From contig CBDANC010000014.1 in assembly GCA_965197425.1 (NCBI GenBank), positions 32,001 through 96,000 on the forward strand: a stretch of 64,000 nucleotides of DNA, in the 5' to 3' direction. Shown here in pieces: positions 39,009-49,827 of this stretch; position 1 is the stretch's first letter; the number at the start of each line of letters is the position of its first letter. This DNA comes from Bdellovibrionales bacterium. GTDB taxonomy: Bacteria; Bdellovibrionota; Bdellovibrionia; Bdellovibrionales; JAUICD01. Below the pieces are notes generated by a model that saw only the letters and a program-made list of their open reading frames with translations, did no database searches and had not been told where the DNA came from. The position numbers were made by a program, and so were the translations under genes.

Positions 39009-39111
39009 GTGCCTACGGCACGGGTACTTGTGGCTACGCCACTGCTCATAAGTCAGTTCGTTGCTATAATACTACTAATGTTCAAATGCCTCCACCTGCA
39101 AGGTGGCACCT
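39007..39111. repeat. Small palindromic element (REP/MITE-like) between convergent genes
   Basis: Terminal inverted aggtgcc/ggcacct; internal triloop hairpins gtgcc-tac-ggcac, gtggc-tac-gccac and ccacct-gca-aggtgg. Confidence 0.6.
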
Positions 39112-39115
39112 GATT

Positions 39116-42100
39116 TTATCTGTCTTTTCGAAGTATTTTTAGTCCCAAGTTTATTATGTCGTTTCTTATGCATAAAAGAGCAGGCAAAGCAAACAGTGTG
39201 AGAGTAGTTGCAAACATCAATCCCCACCCCAATGAAAAAGCAAGAGGACCGGTGAATCCCGACTCACCCCCAATACCATAAGCCATTGGAAGTATACCTC
39301 CAACGGTCGTAATTGTAGTTAGTATTACCGCTCTTAACCTGGAAGTTGCACCTTCTATTATCAAAGATCTTTTTCTTATTTTTCCACCGTCAGTAATTTT
39401 ATTTATTTTATCCACCATTATCAGTGAGTCATTTACTGCAACACCCACTGTTCCAATAAATCCGATCATAGCCAATAAGCCCATGTCTAGATCATGGAAA
39501 TATAAAGCCCACAACACACCCACCAACGCAAACGGTGCAGGCAAAATAACCAAAAGTGGCTGAGTCAGAGAACCTAAAATTAACGCTAGCACAACCAAAA
39601 TACCAACCATGCAATAAAATACCACTTTCATTGCCCATTCTCTATTTTTCTTCTCCTGCTCATCTCCGAACTCCACAGCAAATTCATAATCTCTGTTTTT
39701 GGAAATAAAATCCTCTAAAGCTCCATCAAGCCTGGACATAACTTGCTCTGGTGTAGCCACATTTCTATCCACTTTAAAATCGACAATTAATTCTCTCTCT
39801 CCACTCATATGCCTTATTTGCTGAAGGGTTCTGGTATTTACCCAATTACCTATGAGATTTAATGGGATTGAAATTCCTTTGCTACTTTTTATTGTGAAAT
39901 CTTCAAGCTCTCTTATGTCCTCGGGTTCTTCTATGTTAGCCAGCTCAGAGTATATTTCTGTAGTTTCTCCATCCATCCTAATGTAGCCAATCAAATCCAT
40001 ACTCAAATATGGTCTTATCTGACCCGTTACATCTCCTCTGCTCATCTCATATCTGGCAAGCCTTCTGTTATCAGGAGAAAACTTCCACTCCTTTTGGTAT
40101 CTATCAGGATCATCCACAAACCTCTCTATCCCCTCTACATTGGTTCCTATGGCTACAATGCTTTGCTCTAGGGAATGAAAATCTAATCTCTCGTTTCCTC
40201 TTACTTTTACAGATACAATATCTTGTTTGTCTTCTTCTTGCCCCCAACGAATAGCTTCTGCCGCCAGTCTTTCCATATTGTCATGTTTTAAACCAGCCAA
40301 AATTGGCTTTACTTCCTCTAAGACTTGCTTTTTTATCCTGCTTGGGTTTGTGATATTTTTATCCACCCTCAGTCTGATTACAGAATACCTTGTACCTCGT
40401 CTCCATCTACCATCAGCCCACATACCACCTATTGTAGTACTCATTGCCTCGATACCCTTATCTAAAAAAGGCTTCAAAGCTTCATGTACAGGGTCTAAAT
40501 CTTCTTGAGTCGATCTCAATGACTTGTTTTCTTTAAATACCGCATATACATTGATTTGCTCAGGGCCTATGTTGAGCCTAAATCTCTTTTTTACCCTGTC
40601 GTTGGTGTAATGGAGGGTAAATACAAATAGCCCAGTTAAAAAAAGCAGCAACAAATATCTATAGCCCAGCATAAATGTTAAAAGCCTTTTATAGAGCTTT
40701 TGAAACTTAGAAAAAAGATTGTCTATTGGAGCTTTTTTGTATTGCTTTACAAAGTGAGATAGATGGTTTGGGAGAACAAAAAAACTTTCAAGCCAACTGA
40801 AGATAAGCGTCAAGATCACAACCACTGGCAGGGCAAATAGCATATTGCTGATTTCATTTTTTAATAAAATAATTGGGCTAAACGCAATAATTGTGGTCAG
40901 CACAGTTCCTGTCACCGGTATAATCAGGCTTACAACCGCATCTACAGCAGCCTTCTTAGGAGCCATGCCTTCTTCTAAGTTGGAAGTATATTTTTCTGAG
41001 ACAATGATGGCATCATCAACCAAGATTCCAAGTACCAAAATTAAACCAATCATAGATAGAAGATCTATGGAAATTCCAAAAAGAGGCAAAAGCGCAATAG
41101 CACCCAGGTACGCAATGGGTAAACCTAGTGTGGTCATTAGTGCAACTCTAGGACTTAAAAATATAATCAAAATGATAAGTACTAACATTAAGCCAAACAG
41201 ACCATTTGACTTCATCACATCTAGTTGTTGCTTTATAAATCTAGGAGTGTCGAAAGATATCTCTGCCGATATCTTTTCACTCTTAACTTCATCATTAAAG
41301 TTTTCTAGGACACCCTCTACTTGTCTTTGTAACTTTAAAGCGTCGGAAGCTAAGTCCTTTCTTACTCTAAGAGTAACTGCGGGTTGACCATCTCTTAACC
41401 TTATGTATCTATCATCAGGCAGATCATATTCAACATGAGCAACTTGTCCTAACTTAAGTTCATTTCCTATTGTGTTAGTAGCTATTGAGAGATCTTCAAA
41501 ATCATCCAGGGATTTTATACCGTCATCTAAGTTAATAGAAATACTCTCTTCGTCAGTTCTGAACTCACCTATTGAAGTGAATCTTAATTTTTCAAAAATT
41601 ACACTTTTTATGTTGGCTACGCTTAACTCAGCATTGTCAACGGCTTCTTTGTTAAAACGCACATATATGTGCCTGGGTTGCATTCTATTATCTACCCTAG
41701 CAACACCTCTTACCCCCCCTATTCTTCTCTCAAGTCTTTTTACAATGCGTCTGTGATCAGAAGACTTTTCATCAATCCCAATAATGTTTACTGCCATCAA
41801 TAGAATGCTGTCTATTTTCCTTCTGGCAATCTCTATTCTTTCTATTGATGTTGGCAAGTTGGCCCTTAAGCCATCCACTCTTGACCTAACCAATTCTAGA
41901 GATTCTTCTATGTCAGGGTAATCTAGAAAATATTTTAAGATAATATCAGTTCTGCCAACTCTACTATTAGATGTCATTTCCTCCACACCAGGCAGACCCC
42001 TTAGAGAATCTTCTATTGGAAAAGTGATCCATTTTTCTATGTCAACAGGTGAGGCGCCAGGAAGTCTTACCTCTATTTCTATAGATTGAAATTCAAGCGG

Positions 42101-42217
42101 CGGCAGCACATCTCTTTTTATGGTGAATATGGTGTACAAACCAACAACACACATAAACCCAGCAACAAGGTTTACTGTAAACGATCTATTAACAAAATAT
42201 TCTACTAACCACTTCAT
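39116..42217 (-). CDS. RND (AcrB/AcrD/AcrF family) transporter permease
   Basis: 1033 aa; GILVDDAIIVSE and RLRAVILTT motifs. Confidence 0.93.
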   Translation of the reverse strand: MKWLVEYFVNRSFTVNLVAGFMCVVGLYTIFTIKRDVLPPLEFQSIEIEVRLPGASPVDIEKWITFPIEDSLRGLPGVEEMTSNSRVGRTDIILKYFLDYPDIEESLELVRSRVDGLRANLPTSIERIEIARRKIDSILLMAVNIIGIDEKSSDHRRIVKRLERRIGGVRGVARVDNRMQPRHIYVRFNKEAVDNAELSVANIKSVIFEKLRFTSIGEFRTDEESISINLDDGIKSLDDFEDLSIATNTIGNELKLGQVAHVEYDLPDDRYIRLRDGQPAVTLRVRKDLASDALKLQRQVEGVLENFNDEVKSEKISAEISFDTPRFIKQQLDVMKSNGLFGLMLVLIILIIFLSPRVALMTTLGLPIAYLGAIALLPLFGISIDLLSMIGLILVLGILVDDAIIVSEKYTSNLEEGMAPKKAAVDAVVSLIIPVTGTVLTTIIAFSPIILLKNEISNMLFALPVVVILTLIFSWLESFFVLPNHLSHFVKQYKKAPIDNLFSKFQKLYKRLLTFMLGYRYLLLLFLTGLFVFTLHYTNDRVKKRFRLNIGPEQINVYAVFKENKSLRSTQEDLDPVHEALKPFLDKGIEAMSTTIGGMWADGRWRRGTRYSVIRLRVDKNITNPSRIKKQVLEEVKPILAGLKHDNMERLAAEAIRWGQEEDKQDIVSVKVRGNERLDFHSLEQSIVAIGTNVEGIERFVDDPDRYQKEWKFSPDNRRLARYEMSRGDVTGQIRPYLSMDLIGYIRMDGETTEIYSELANIEEPEDIRELEDFTIKSSKGISIPLNLIGNWVNTRTLQQIRHMSGERELIVDFKVDRNVATPEQVMSRLDGALEDFISKNRDYEFAVEFGDEQEKKNREWAMKVVFYCMVGILVVLALILGSLTQPLLVILPAPFALVGVLWALYFHDLDMGLLAMIGFIGTVGVAVNDSLIMVDKINKITDGGKIRKRSLIIEGATSRLRAVILTTITTVGGILPMAYGIGGESGFTGPLAFSLGWGLMFATTLTLFALPALLCIRNDIINLGLKILRKDR

Positions 42218-42266
42218 TGATTTATCTATATTATTGTTTTACCAATATCATTATACTATCCATATG

Positions 42267-43676
42267 TTATTCCGTACAATAATTTGGCAACTTGTTATTG
42301 ATGACTAAATGATTAAGGCTTTCTGTAAAAAATTGAGCCTCTGAAACAACCAAGTCTATTAGCTCTCTATTTAATTTATTTCTAATTAGTAAGTAAGCTT
42401 CAAACTCTATTTGACCTAGTTTTAGTTTATTAAATGCTAATCCCAATTGTTCCTTTGAATTTTTAGTAACCTCAGTAAGGGTAGCAATTTTTGTTTTAAG
42501 ATTTTTTAGATTAGTATATATGACAAGTTTTTGCTGTTCTAATTGTTGTTTTCTAAGTTTCAAATTTAAGTTTGCTATTTCATAGTTAGATAAAGATTGG
42601 TTTACTGATTCAAAAAGTTTTCTGCTATAAATAGGCCACTTTAAATTCATCCCAACCATAACATAGTTATCATTTACTTCGTTAAATGTATTTTGTCCCG
42701 CTTTTAATATTAATCCAACATCTGGTTTTTTCCATGAAGGCAACAACTTCACCTCAAGCTCACTTGCCTTGACCCTTAGTTCATATGCTTCAAGCTGATC
42801 TTCAATATCCGTAGTAGCAAAACTTTCGATTGTTAGAGGTTCCAATAATTTGTGAATCTGGTTTTTGGATAACAAAGCCATTGTCTCTTTCTGTAATTCC
42901 AAATTAGCCTGTATTTCTATAAAATTTTGTTTTGTTTCTAAAAAGTCTGTCTTGGCAGATAAAAAAGCATCACGAGTTATAAGTCTTCGATTGTAAGCAC
43001 GGGTAACTGCATCCAGAGCTACTTTTGCATCTTCCATGGTTTGCTTATTTATTTCCAGCGTTTTTTGTAATACCAGAGTATCCATGTACTTTTTTGTTTC
43101 TACCTGACACAATCCAGCCTTAAAATTTTCTAACATAATTCTTTCTGCATCTAATAGATGCTTTGATTTTCTAATCCTTATTCTATCATCCCTTCCAAAT
43201 GCATTGTTGATCAGCTGTTGTGTATACTGAGCAAAATAATCTTCCCTGGAATCTATATTGCTATATGATAAATTAAACGAACCCCCAAACCCAATACCCT
43301 GTAAAAGTGAGACATTAGAGTTTATGGTATTAGAGTCTATAATATTAGAATTAATGTCAGAAACCTTATCAGACCTACTACTATCCCCAACTATCTCCGA
43401 AATAAAACTAGCCTTATCAGACAAATACTGGCTTTGTACTATCTTTAACTGCTGCTTGCTAACTTTAAAACTTAGATCATTTTTCAAAATACCCTTAAGA
43501 TATTTATCTATAGTAAACTCCTCGTTTACATCAATGGAAGATTGATCCTCCGGTTTACTAACAGGAGCATTTTCTACATTTACACTATTAGTACCTACAT
43601 TATCTGCATCTGCACTCTCAGCACCTACAGTTTTGTAAACACAAATTATTATTAGAATTAAAAATAGTTTTTTCAT
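42267..43676 (-). CDS. TolC family outer-membrane protein
   Basis: Signal peptide, two helical OEP-like repeats (AYNRRLIT; KLKLGQIEF); upstream of the RND gene. Confidence 0.78.
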   Translation of the reverse strand: MKKLFLILIIICVYKTVGAESADADNVGTNSVNVENAPVSKPEDQSSIDVNEEFTIDKYLKGILKNDLSFKVSKQQLKIVQSQYLSDKASFISEIVGDSSRSDKVSDINSNIIDSNTINSNVSLLQGIGFGGSFNLSYSNIDSREDYFAQYTQQLINNAFGRDDRIRIRKSKHLLDAERIMLENFKAGLCQVETKKYMDTLVLQKTLEINKQTMEDAKVALDAVTRAYNRRLITRDAFLSAKTDFLETKQNFIEIQANLELQKETMALLSKNQIHKLLEPLTIESFATTDIEDQLEAYELRVKASELEVKLLPSWKKPDVGLILKAGQNTFNEVNDNYVMVGMNLKWPIYSRKLFESVNQSLSNYEIANLNLKLRKQQLEQQKLVIYTNLKNLKTKIATLTEVTKNSKEQLGLAFNKLKLGQIEFEAYLLIRNKLNRELIDLVVSEAQFFTESLNHLVINNKLPNYCTE

Positions 43677-44788
43677 AACGGTTTTGTATCTTTACTGTCT
43701 TTAACGATCTTATAAATATATCCAGAATCTGTTGAAAAGTATATTTCACCAGTTTCCGGTTTTTCCTCTACATGTCTTAGACGATCTTCTATCTCAAGTC
43801 TGCTTTCATCCACAACTTGATTATCTTCATTTAGTTTCAGTTTATTTAGGTGGTCAAATTTAAGTGCAGTGGAAAAGAGATCTCCTTTCCAACTTCTAAA
43901 CATTTTTCCAGAGTAGACCATAAGGGAGCTAGGAGCAATTGATGGTGTAAAATATTTTACAGGTTGCTCCAAGCCTGTCTTTCGAGCTGGTCCTATTGAT
44001 GGACCCCAGTATTCTTTTCCATATGTGATAGTAGGCCAACCGTAATTTTTTGATTTTTGTACAACATTTATTTCATCACCACCTCTGGGTCCGTGTTCCT
44101 GCTCCCAGAGTGTATTGCGATCCCTGTCGTAATATAAACCTTGAGGATTTCTATGACCTAAACTCCATACAGCTGAATCAAAAGGGTTATCAGAAGGTGT
44201 TGTGCCGTCTTCATTGATCCTTAGAATTTTTCCTAAATGTGAATCTAGTTTTTGTGCGTTTCCTCTTTCACCTCTATCTCCAACTCCAAAAAATACTTTT
44301 CCATTTTTTAGAACAATCCTAGATCCGAAATGTCGACCACCAGTCCCCGGAGGGTTTGATCTAAATATAATGGTATTTGTTACCTTATCTTCAAGAAGCG
44401 TTGCCTTGGAGATCACAGTCCCAATACCTTCCCCATACCTCAGAATATAAGAAAAAAACAAAAGTTTATTAGTCGAAAAGTCAGGATGAATCTTTACATC
44501 CATTAAACCCCCTTGACCATGCTCCAATGTGTTTTCAAACTTATGAATTTGCTTTAGGGAGTCAGCACTTTTGATAAGCACCTTTCCGGATTTTGTGGTA
44601 ATAATAATTCTGTTATCAGGCAAAAAATCAAACCCCCATGGTATGTCAGAAATTTTAACCACTTCAATAATTTTAAATGTTTCACCTGAAAAAGAATAAT
44701 TCCTCTCAATAGCTCCTGAAGCACAAGAAATTCCTGCAGTAAAGGAAAAATAAAAAATAAGAAATGAAACCTTTTTCTTCAAAATCAT
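43673..44788 (-). CDS. PQQ-dependent sugar dehydrogenase (glucose/sorbosone dehydrogenase family)
   Basis: PWGFDFLPD, GQGGLMD, RHFGSRI, GHRNPQG, EHGPRGGDEIN and NYGWP motifs. Confidence 0.93.
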   Translation of the reverse strand: MILKKKVSFLIFYFSFTAGISCASGAIERNYSFSGETFKIIEVVKISDIPWGFDFLPDNRIIITTKSGKVLIKSADSLKQIHKFENTLEHGQGGLMDVKIHPDFSTNKLLFFSYILRYGEGIGTVISKATLLEDKVTNTIIFRSNPPGTGGRHFGSRIVLKNGKVFFGVGDRGERGNAQKLDSHLGKILRINEDGTTPSDNPFDSAVWSLGHRNPQGLYYDRDRNTLWEQEHGPRGGDEINVVQKSKNYGWPTITYGKEYWGPSIGPARKTGLEQPVKYFTPSIAPSSLMVYSGKMFRSWKGDLFSTALKFDHLNKLKLNEDNQVVDESRLEIEDRLRHVEEKPETGEIYFSTDSGYIYKIVKDSKDTKPL

Positions 44789-44989
44789 ACAGGAAAATTA
44801 ACACAATCAAGTTTAATACAAAAGAAAAAAACCCCAGGGTGAGGCTAGTGAGTACAAAAACAACGGGACTTGTTACGTTTTTTTGTACGAACGCCTGTTT
44901 CCAGGCAAGCACTCTTTAGCTGTGTATTTACTCAGCAACAGAACTAATTTATAAACCCTGATTGCTTAGAAGAATAGAATTTTACTACC

Positions 44990-45880
44990 TTAAAATAAAA
45001 CGTGGGCCACTCCTTCATGGTTTTCAACAATTTTTATTGCTTTTGTATTAGAAAATGTCAGCATATACGCATGATGAATACTAAGAACTAAATCTTGCAA
45101 TTTATCATCTTTCTCCAATTCTTCAATATGTAATCCTTTTTCTTTACATTTTTTAATACCTATATGACGATTATGAAAAGAATCTTCATTCATATCTTCG
45201 CCCAATGCTTTTACGATTTTTTCAGCTTTCGTTTCATAATCATCTTCATCACTAGATAACATACCTGTTTTAATCCAGTCTTTTACTAATTCACGAGTAA
45301 AGTGAATGACTTTGTCTGCATGAACAATAAGGGTAGGGTTGTATTTTTGAAAAAGTATAGGCCATATATTGCTATGCTGAGGCCGTTTTTTTATATCTTC
45401 TATAGCTGTTTGAAAAGATTTTCTAATACTATAAGCGGGTAACCCGCCTATTTGTGGATCAATAGATCCAAGTGAAGAATGTTTTCCCATGTGTATAAGC
45501 TTTGAAGAACAAGCTATCATTGTGCCAGCAGATTGTGCTAATTGAGGAACGAATACCTCTATATTTATTCCAAACAAGTCTCTTAAATATTGTACTATTT
45601 TTTCTGTGGCTTCTATCCCTCCGCCTGGGGTATGCAAAACTAGGTCTAATCCAATATTTCTATCTAGCCCCTTTACCACAGACATAAGGGCATGAATATC
45701 AGCATCATTAATCATCATATTATACTGGTTAGGTAGTTGCGATTTCTGTAACCAGCCTGAGTAATAACAAACGATATTTCTTTCTCTACACTTGTGAAGT
45801 AAACTTAAATATTTTCTTCTAGTTACATCAACGCTATAACCAGACTGAATCTCTTGTAATATTTCGTTCCAAGAAGGCAT
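44990..45880 (-). CDS. SDH/S49-like Clp-fold serine proteinase
   Basis: LDLVLHTPGG, VPQLAQSAGTMIA and SLGSIDPQI motifs. Confidence 0.85.
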   Translation of the reverse strand: MPSWNEILQEIQSGYSVDVTRRKYLSLLHKCRERNIVCYYSGWLQKSQLPNQYNMMINDADIHALMSVVKGLDRNIGLDLVLHTPGGGIEATEKIVQYLRDLFGINIEVFVPQLAQSAGTMIACSSKLIHMGKHSSLGSIDPQIGGLPAYSIRKSFQTAIEDIKKRPQHSNIWPILFQKYNPTLIVHADKVIHFTRELVKDWIKTGMLSSDEDDYETKAEKIVKALGEDMNEDSFHNRHIGIKKCKEKGLHIEELEKDDKLQDLVLSIHHAYMLTFSNTKAIKIVENHEGVAHVLF

Positions 45881-45886
45881 TTAGCT

Positions 45887-46118
45887 TTAAATAAATTTTC
45901 CTTGTTTAGTTGTCCCTGCTAGTTTTATCTTAGGACTTTTTTGGTCAGAAAAATTGTTTTTAAACACCTCTTCAACAATAGCCCTACCGTATTCCTCAGG
46001 AGTTTTAGTCGGTGGATCTTCAAAGGGGATATTATATTTCCTGTAAAAGCTATATACCTGTTTTTCGAAATCCTTAGCCTTTTTGTTCTTTTGTCCAGTC
46101 ATAAAAACTCTAGCCATA
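45887..46118 (-). CDS. Small hypothetical protein immediately upstream of the protease
   Basis: ORF ends 6 nt before the protease start; start uncertain (track 46150; in-frame ATGs at 46118 and 46103). Confidence 0.5.
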
Positions 46119-46164
46119 ATACAATTTTTAAACAGGCAAGTCAATGCCAATAGATGGTGATTAG

Positions 46165-48231
46165 CTATATTGATGAAATAATATCATTAAAAGTTTTAGA
46201 GGGCCTCATAGCCTTAGATACTTTATTGTGATCAGGGTTATAATATCCCCCTATATCAACTCTTGTACCCTGTACTTTTAAAAGCTCATCTATTATTTGC
46301 TCTTCGTTTTTAGCCAATGCTCTATAGGCTTCAGTAAATTTTAAATTTTCTAGAAGATACAGTGTCCAATAAAAATGACTTCCTCTTATATCTAACTCTC
46401 TTACATTTCTTTTAGGGAATTTATTTTCCCTTATTAACTTGTAGTTGGCTTTCCTGATAGCATTAGCCAACTCAACCAAATCTTTATTATGCAAAGCCAA
46501 ATCATTCATAAGCTCTGAAATTGCCAAAAACTCCCCCAGAGAGTTCCATCTTAGATGATTTTCTTCCAAAAATTGTGCTACATGCTTTGGAGCAGACCCT
46601 CCAGCTCCTGTCTCGTATATCTTTCCGCCCGATAAAAGGGGTACAGTTGAGAGCATTTTAGAGCTAGTACCAGCTTCTAGAATGGGGAATAGATCAGTGA
46701 TATAATCTCTCAAAACATTTCCCGTAGCACAGACAATATTTTGACCCGATTTTATTCTTTCAAGAGTTTTTAAAGTAGCGTCCTTTATATTAAGTATTTC
46801 AAAATCTTTGTTTTTTAGTTTGTCTATTAAAATTTTATCATGCGACCTTTTATCATCCAGACAAACTATAGTCTCTTCTTCAGATCTCTCTATGAGATTA
46901 ATCCAATCTGAAATTGCAATATTTTTTGTAACACAAGATCTAACTATGTCATCCGACTGCAAGTTGCACTTAAGCAAAACACTTTGCTTCTCATCGATTA
47001 TCTCCACAACTCCATCAATATCTGCTTGAAAAGTTTTGTCATGTGAACCATATTCTTCAGCCTTCATTGCCATGAGACCTATATTAGACACACTCCCCAT
47101 TGTGGTTGGATCAAAACCCTTATTTTTTTTGCAAAATTCAATTGTCTGCTTGTATAGCTCAACATAACTTCTGTCTGGAATGATACATTTCACATCCAAC
47201 GAATTGCCTTTAGTGTCTGTCATCTTACCTGAGTCTTTTATTAAAAATGCCATTGAAGAATCAATAATCAAACTATTGGGGCTCTCTATACAGGTAACAC
47301 CTTTACCTGCTGAAGCTAGTGGAGAAGATTTTTGTAAATAATCCTCTATTACCTTTAATAGTTCTTTATTTTCTTTCTTTTTAAATTCAGATAATCCATT
47401 GGCAAAATTTATTTTAGAAAATCTTGATTCATTAGTCTCAACAATTTCATTAAGATAAGCTTTTACAAATTCACCAAAAATAATAGGATCAGAAACCTTC
47501 ATCATAGTGGCCTTTAAGTGAATTGATAATAAAACACTATCCTCCACGCTCTGTATTTGTGTTTTAAAAAATGTCCTTAATTTGTTTATATTCATGAAAG
47601 TTAGATCTATAACATCGCCTTTTTCTACCTCCATTGTTTTTATTTCTTTATTGTTAAAAATAAGCTTTAAGGTTTCACTTTTTACGGCTTCAATAGACTT
47701 TTCATTGTCATAGAAATCCCCTTCTTGCATGTGTGATACATGTGTTTTGGAATTTTCACTCCATTGTCCTATTAAGTGTGGATTTTCCTTTGCATGATCT
47801 TTTATGATTTTAGGTATATACCTTATGGAGTTACCTTCCCTAATAACCGGGTTTACAGCACTTCCTAAAACTCGGGAATACTTCTGTTCATCTTTTGATG
47901 TACCACTTGCTATTCCATCTGATTTAGGAAAATCAGGTATATTAAATCCTTGCTGTTGAAGCTCCAAAATTGCGTCTTTTAGCTGAGGCACAGATGCACT
48001 GATATTGGGGAGTTTTATCAAAAATGCATCTTTTTGCCTTACAAGTTCTTTTAAGCTTAAAAAATCATCATTTAGTAAGTCAAACTCGGCCAATACTCTT
48101 GCTGCAAGTGAAATGTCTTTTAATTCAATTTCAAGGTCATAGTGACTAAACACACTCTTTAGTATTGGCAAAAGTGATTGGGTAGCTAAAGCAGGTGCTT
48201 CGTCTGTCTTGGTATAATATATTTTTTGCAT
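46165..48231 (-). CDS. idh: Monomeric NADP-dependent isocitrate dehydrogenase
   Basis: [49 protein letters not shown] and [12 protein letters not shown] motifs. Confidence 0.95.
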   Translation of the reverse strand: MQKIYYTKTDEAPALATQSLLPILKSVFSHYDLEIELKDISLAARVLAEFDLLNDDFLSLKELVRQKDAFLIKLPNISASVPQLKDAILELQQQGFNIPDFPKSDGIASGTSKDEQKYSRVLGSAVNPVIREGNSIRYIPKIIKDHAKENPHLIGQWSENSKTHVSHMQEGDFYDNEKSIEAVKSETLKLIFNNKEIKTMEVEKGDVIDLTFMNINKLRTFFKTQIQSVEDSVLLSIHLKATMMKVSDPIIFGEFVKAYLNEIVETNESRFSKINFANGLSEFKKKENKELLKVIEDYLQKSSPLASAGKGVTCIESPNSLIIDSSMAFLIKDSGKMTDTKGNSLDVKCIIPDRSYVELYKQTIEFCKKNKGFDPTTMGSVSNIGLMAMKAEEYGSHDKTFQADIDGVVEIIDEKQSVLLKCNLQSDDIVRSCVTKNIAISDWINLIERSEEETIVCLDDKRSHDKILIDKLKNKDFEILNIKDATLKTLERIKSGQNIVCATGNVLRDYITDLFPILEAGTSSKMLSTVPLLSGGKIYETGAGGSAPKHVAQFLEENHLRWNSLGEFLAISELMNDLALHNKDLVELANAIRKANYKLIRENKFPKRNVRELDIRGSHFYWTLYLLENLKFTEAYRALAKNEEQIIDELLKVQGTRVDIGGYYNPDHNKVSKAMRPSKTFNDIISSI

Positions 48232-48328
48232 TTTAAATTAAGGATAAATAGAAATCCATAAAAACTTAACTGAACAAAAATTATATGAGTGGGTTATAAA
48301 GTCAATATACTTTTTAAAAAATTTTAGC

Positions 48329-48808
48329 TTATTTATTCTTAAGTTTTATAAAAAACTGATTTAAAAGTTCTTTTACCTTCTCCTCTAATATCCCTTGAGT
48401 AAATGCAGCCTGGTGGTTTAATCTTTTATCCGAAAGAATGTCGTATAATGATACTAAAGCTCCTGCCTTAGGATCCCTAGCTCCAAACACAACATGAGAA
48501 ATTCTGGCATTTACAATCGCACCTGCACACATAATGCAAGGTTCCAGTGTTACATACATAGTGGCATCTGTTAATCTCCAGTTTTCTATTTTTTTACAAG
48601 CGCTTTGTATTGCTAAAATTTCTGCATGGTGTGTTGGGTTGTATTTTGTTTCTTTAGTGTTGTGAGCTTTGGATAATAATTTGTTATTTTGAACCACAAC
48701 AGCACCTACAGGTACTTCGTTTTTTTGTAGTGCTTTTCTTGCCTCCGAGATAGCAAGCTCCATCCACTTAATATGAGGGGCTAATGTATACGCATCTTGC
48801 TTTTTCAA
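48329..48808 (-). CDS. tadA: tRNA adenosine(34) deaminase
   Basis: EVPVGAV, HAEILA, TLEPCIMC and DPKAGA motifs. Confidence 0.94.
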   Translation of the reverse strand: MKKQDAYTLAPHIKWMELAISEARKALQKNEVPVGAVVVQNNKLLSKAHNTKETKYNPTHHAEILAIQSACKKIENWRLTDATMYVTLEPCIMCAGAIVNARISHVVFGARDPKAGALVSLYDILSDKRLNHQAAFTQGILEEKVKELLNQFFIKLKNK

Positions 48809-48906
48809 AAATATTTTTCCTAATCGTTTTAAAAGAGTAAAAAAACTTGTTTCAAATCAAGTAAAGTAGTAGGTGTAAGAAAAACTTAAGTCAAACTTTT
48901 TAGCCT

Positions 48907-49818
48907 ATGAATGAAATTATCCTAACTGATGTATTAAATGGACTATCCCTTACTAAGAAGAAGGGATTGACATTTGACTTGGCTATTTGTGATCCACCTT
49001 ACAACATAGGCAAAAGGTTTGAAAAAAAATCAAACTCAATGTCACATGAAGATTACTTGGAATGGACAAAAAAATGGCTTTCAGGTGTATCTCTTGTATT
49101 AAAACCTCATGGTCTTATCTACATTTATGGATTTGCAGAAATCTTAGCTCATATTTCGGTACTTTTTCCAAAGGAAAACCAAAGATGGTTGGTTTGGCAC
49201 TATACAAATAAAACTGTTCCAAGCTCTAAGTTTTGGCAAAGATCCCATGAATCCATTTTATGTTTATGGACTTGCGAAAAACCAAACCTGTTAATTGATC
49301 AAATCAGAGAGCCTTACACCAAAAACTATCTAAGGTGTGGGGGAAAAGTAAGAAAAGATGTGCAATCCAGATTTGGCAACAATTTGACAAAGTATCAAGT
49401 ACACAAAAGAGGGGCTTTGCCTAGAGATGTAATCAAAATTCCTGCTTTGGCAGGGGGCGCAGGGTACAAAGAACGATGGTTTAAATGTGAAGATTGTGGC
49501 GATATATACCCGCCAAATCAACTAAAGAATCATTTTGATCATCAAACCTGGAAACACCCCACCCAAAAGCCTTTTGGATTAACAGAACGCCTAATTAGCT
49601 CTGTGGTTAGACCTTACGATACTAAAGCCTCCATTCTCATACCATTTGCAGGTTCTGGATCAGAGTGTATTGTAGCAAGAAGACTAGGGATAAACTTTCT
49701 GGGTTTTGAAAAATACCCCCCCTATGCACAGTTTGCCAACAGATGGCTTGATACATCTTCTTACCTAAAGCCGATTAAACCTAGTAAATTTGAACACATA
49801 CCACAGAATCAATACTAG
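48907..49818 (+). CDS. Site-specific DNA methyltransferase (N6A/N4C, beta-type motif order)
   Basis: DPPY near the N-terminus, HPTQKP and FAGSG near the C-terminus; inserted CEDC...H..H segment. Confidence 0.9.
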   Translation: MNEIILTDVLNGLSLTKKKGLTFDLAICDPPYNIGKRFEKKSNSMSHEDYLEWTKKWLSGVSLVLKPHGLIYIYGFAEILAHISVLFPKENQRWLVWHYTNKTVPSSKFWQRSHESILCLWTCEKPNLLIDQIREPYTKNYLRCGGKVRKDVQSRFGNNLTKYQVHKRGALPRDVIKIPALAGGAGYKERWFKCEDCGDIYPPNQLKNHFDHQTWKHPTQKPFGLTERLISSVVRPYDTKASILIPFAGSGSECIVARRLGINFLGFEKYPPYAQFANRWLDTSSYLKPIKPSKFEHIPQNQY

Positions 49819-49827
49819 AAGAATCAG

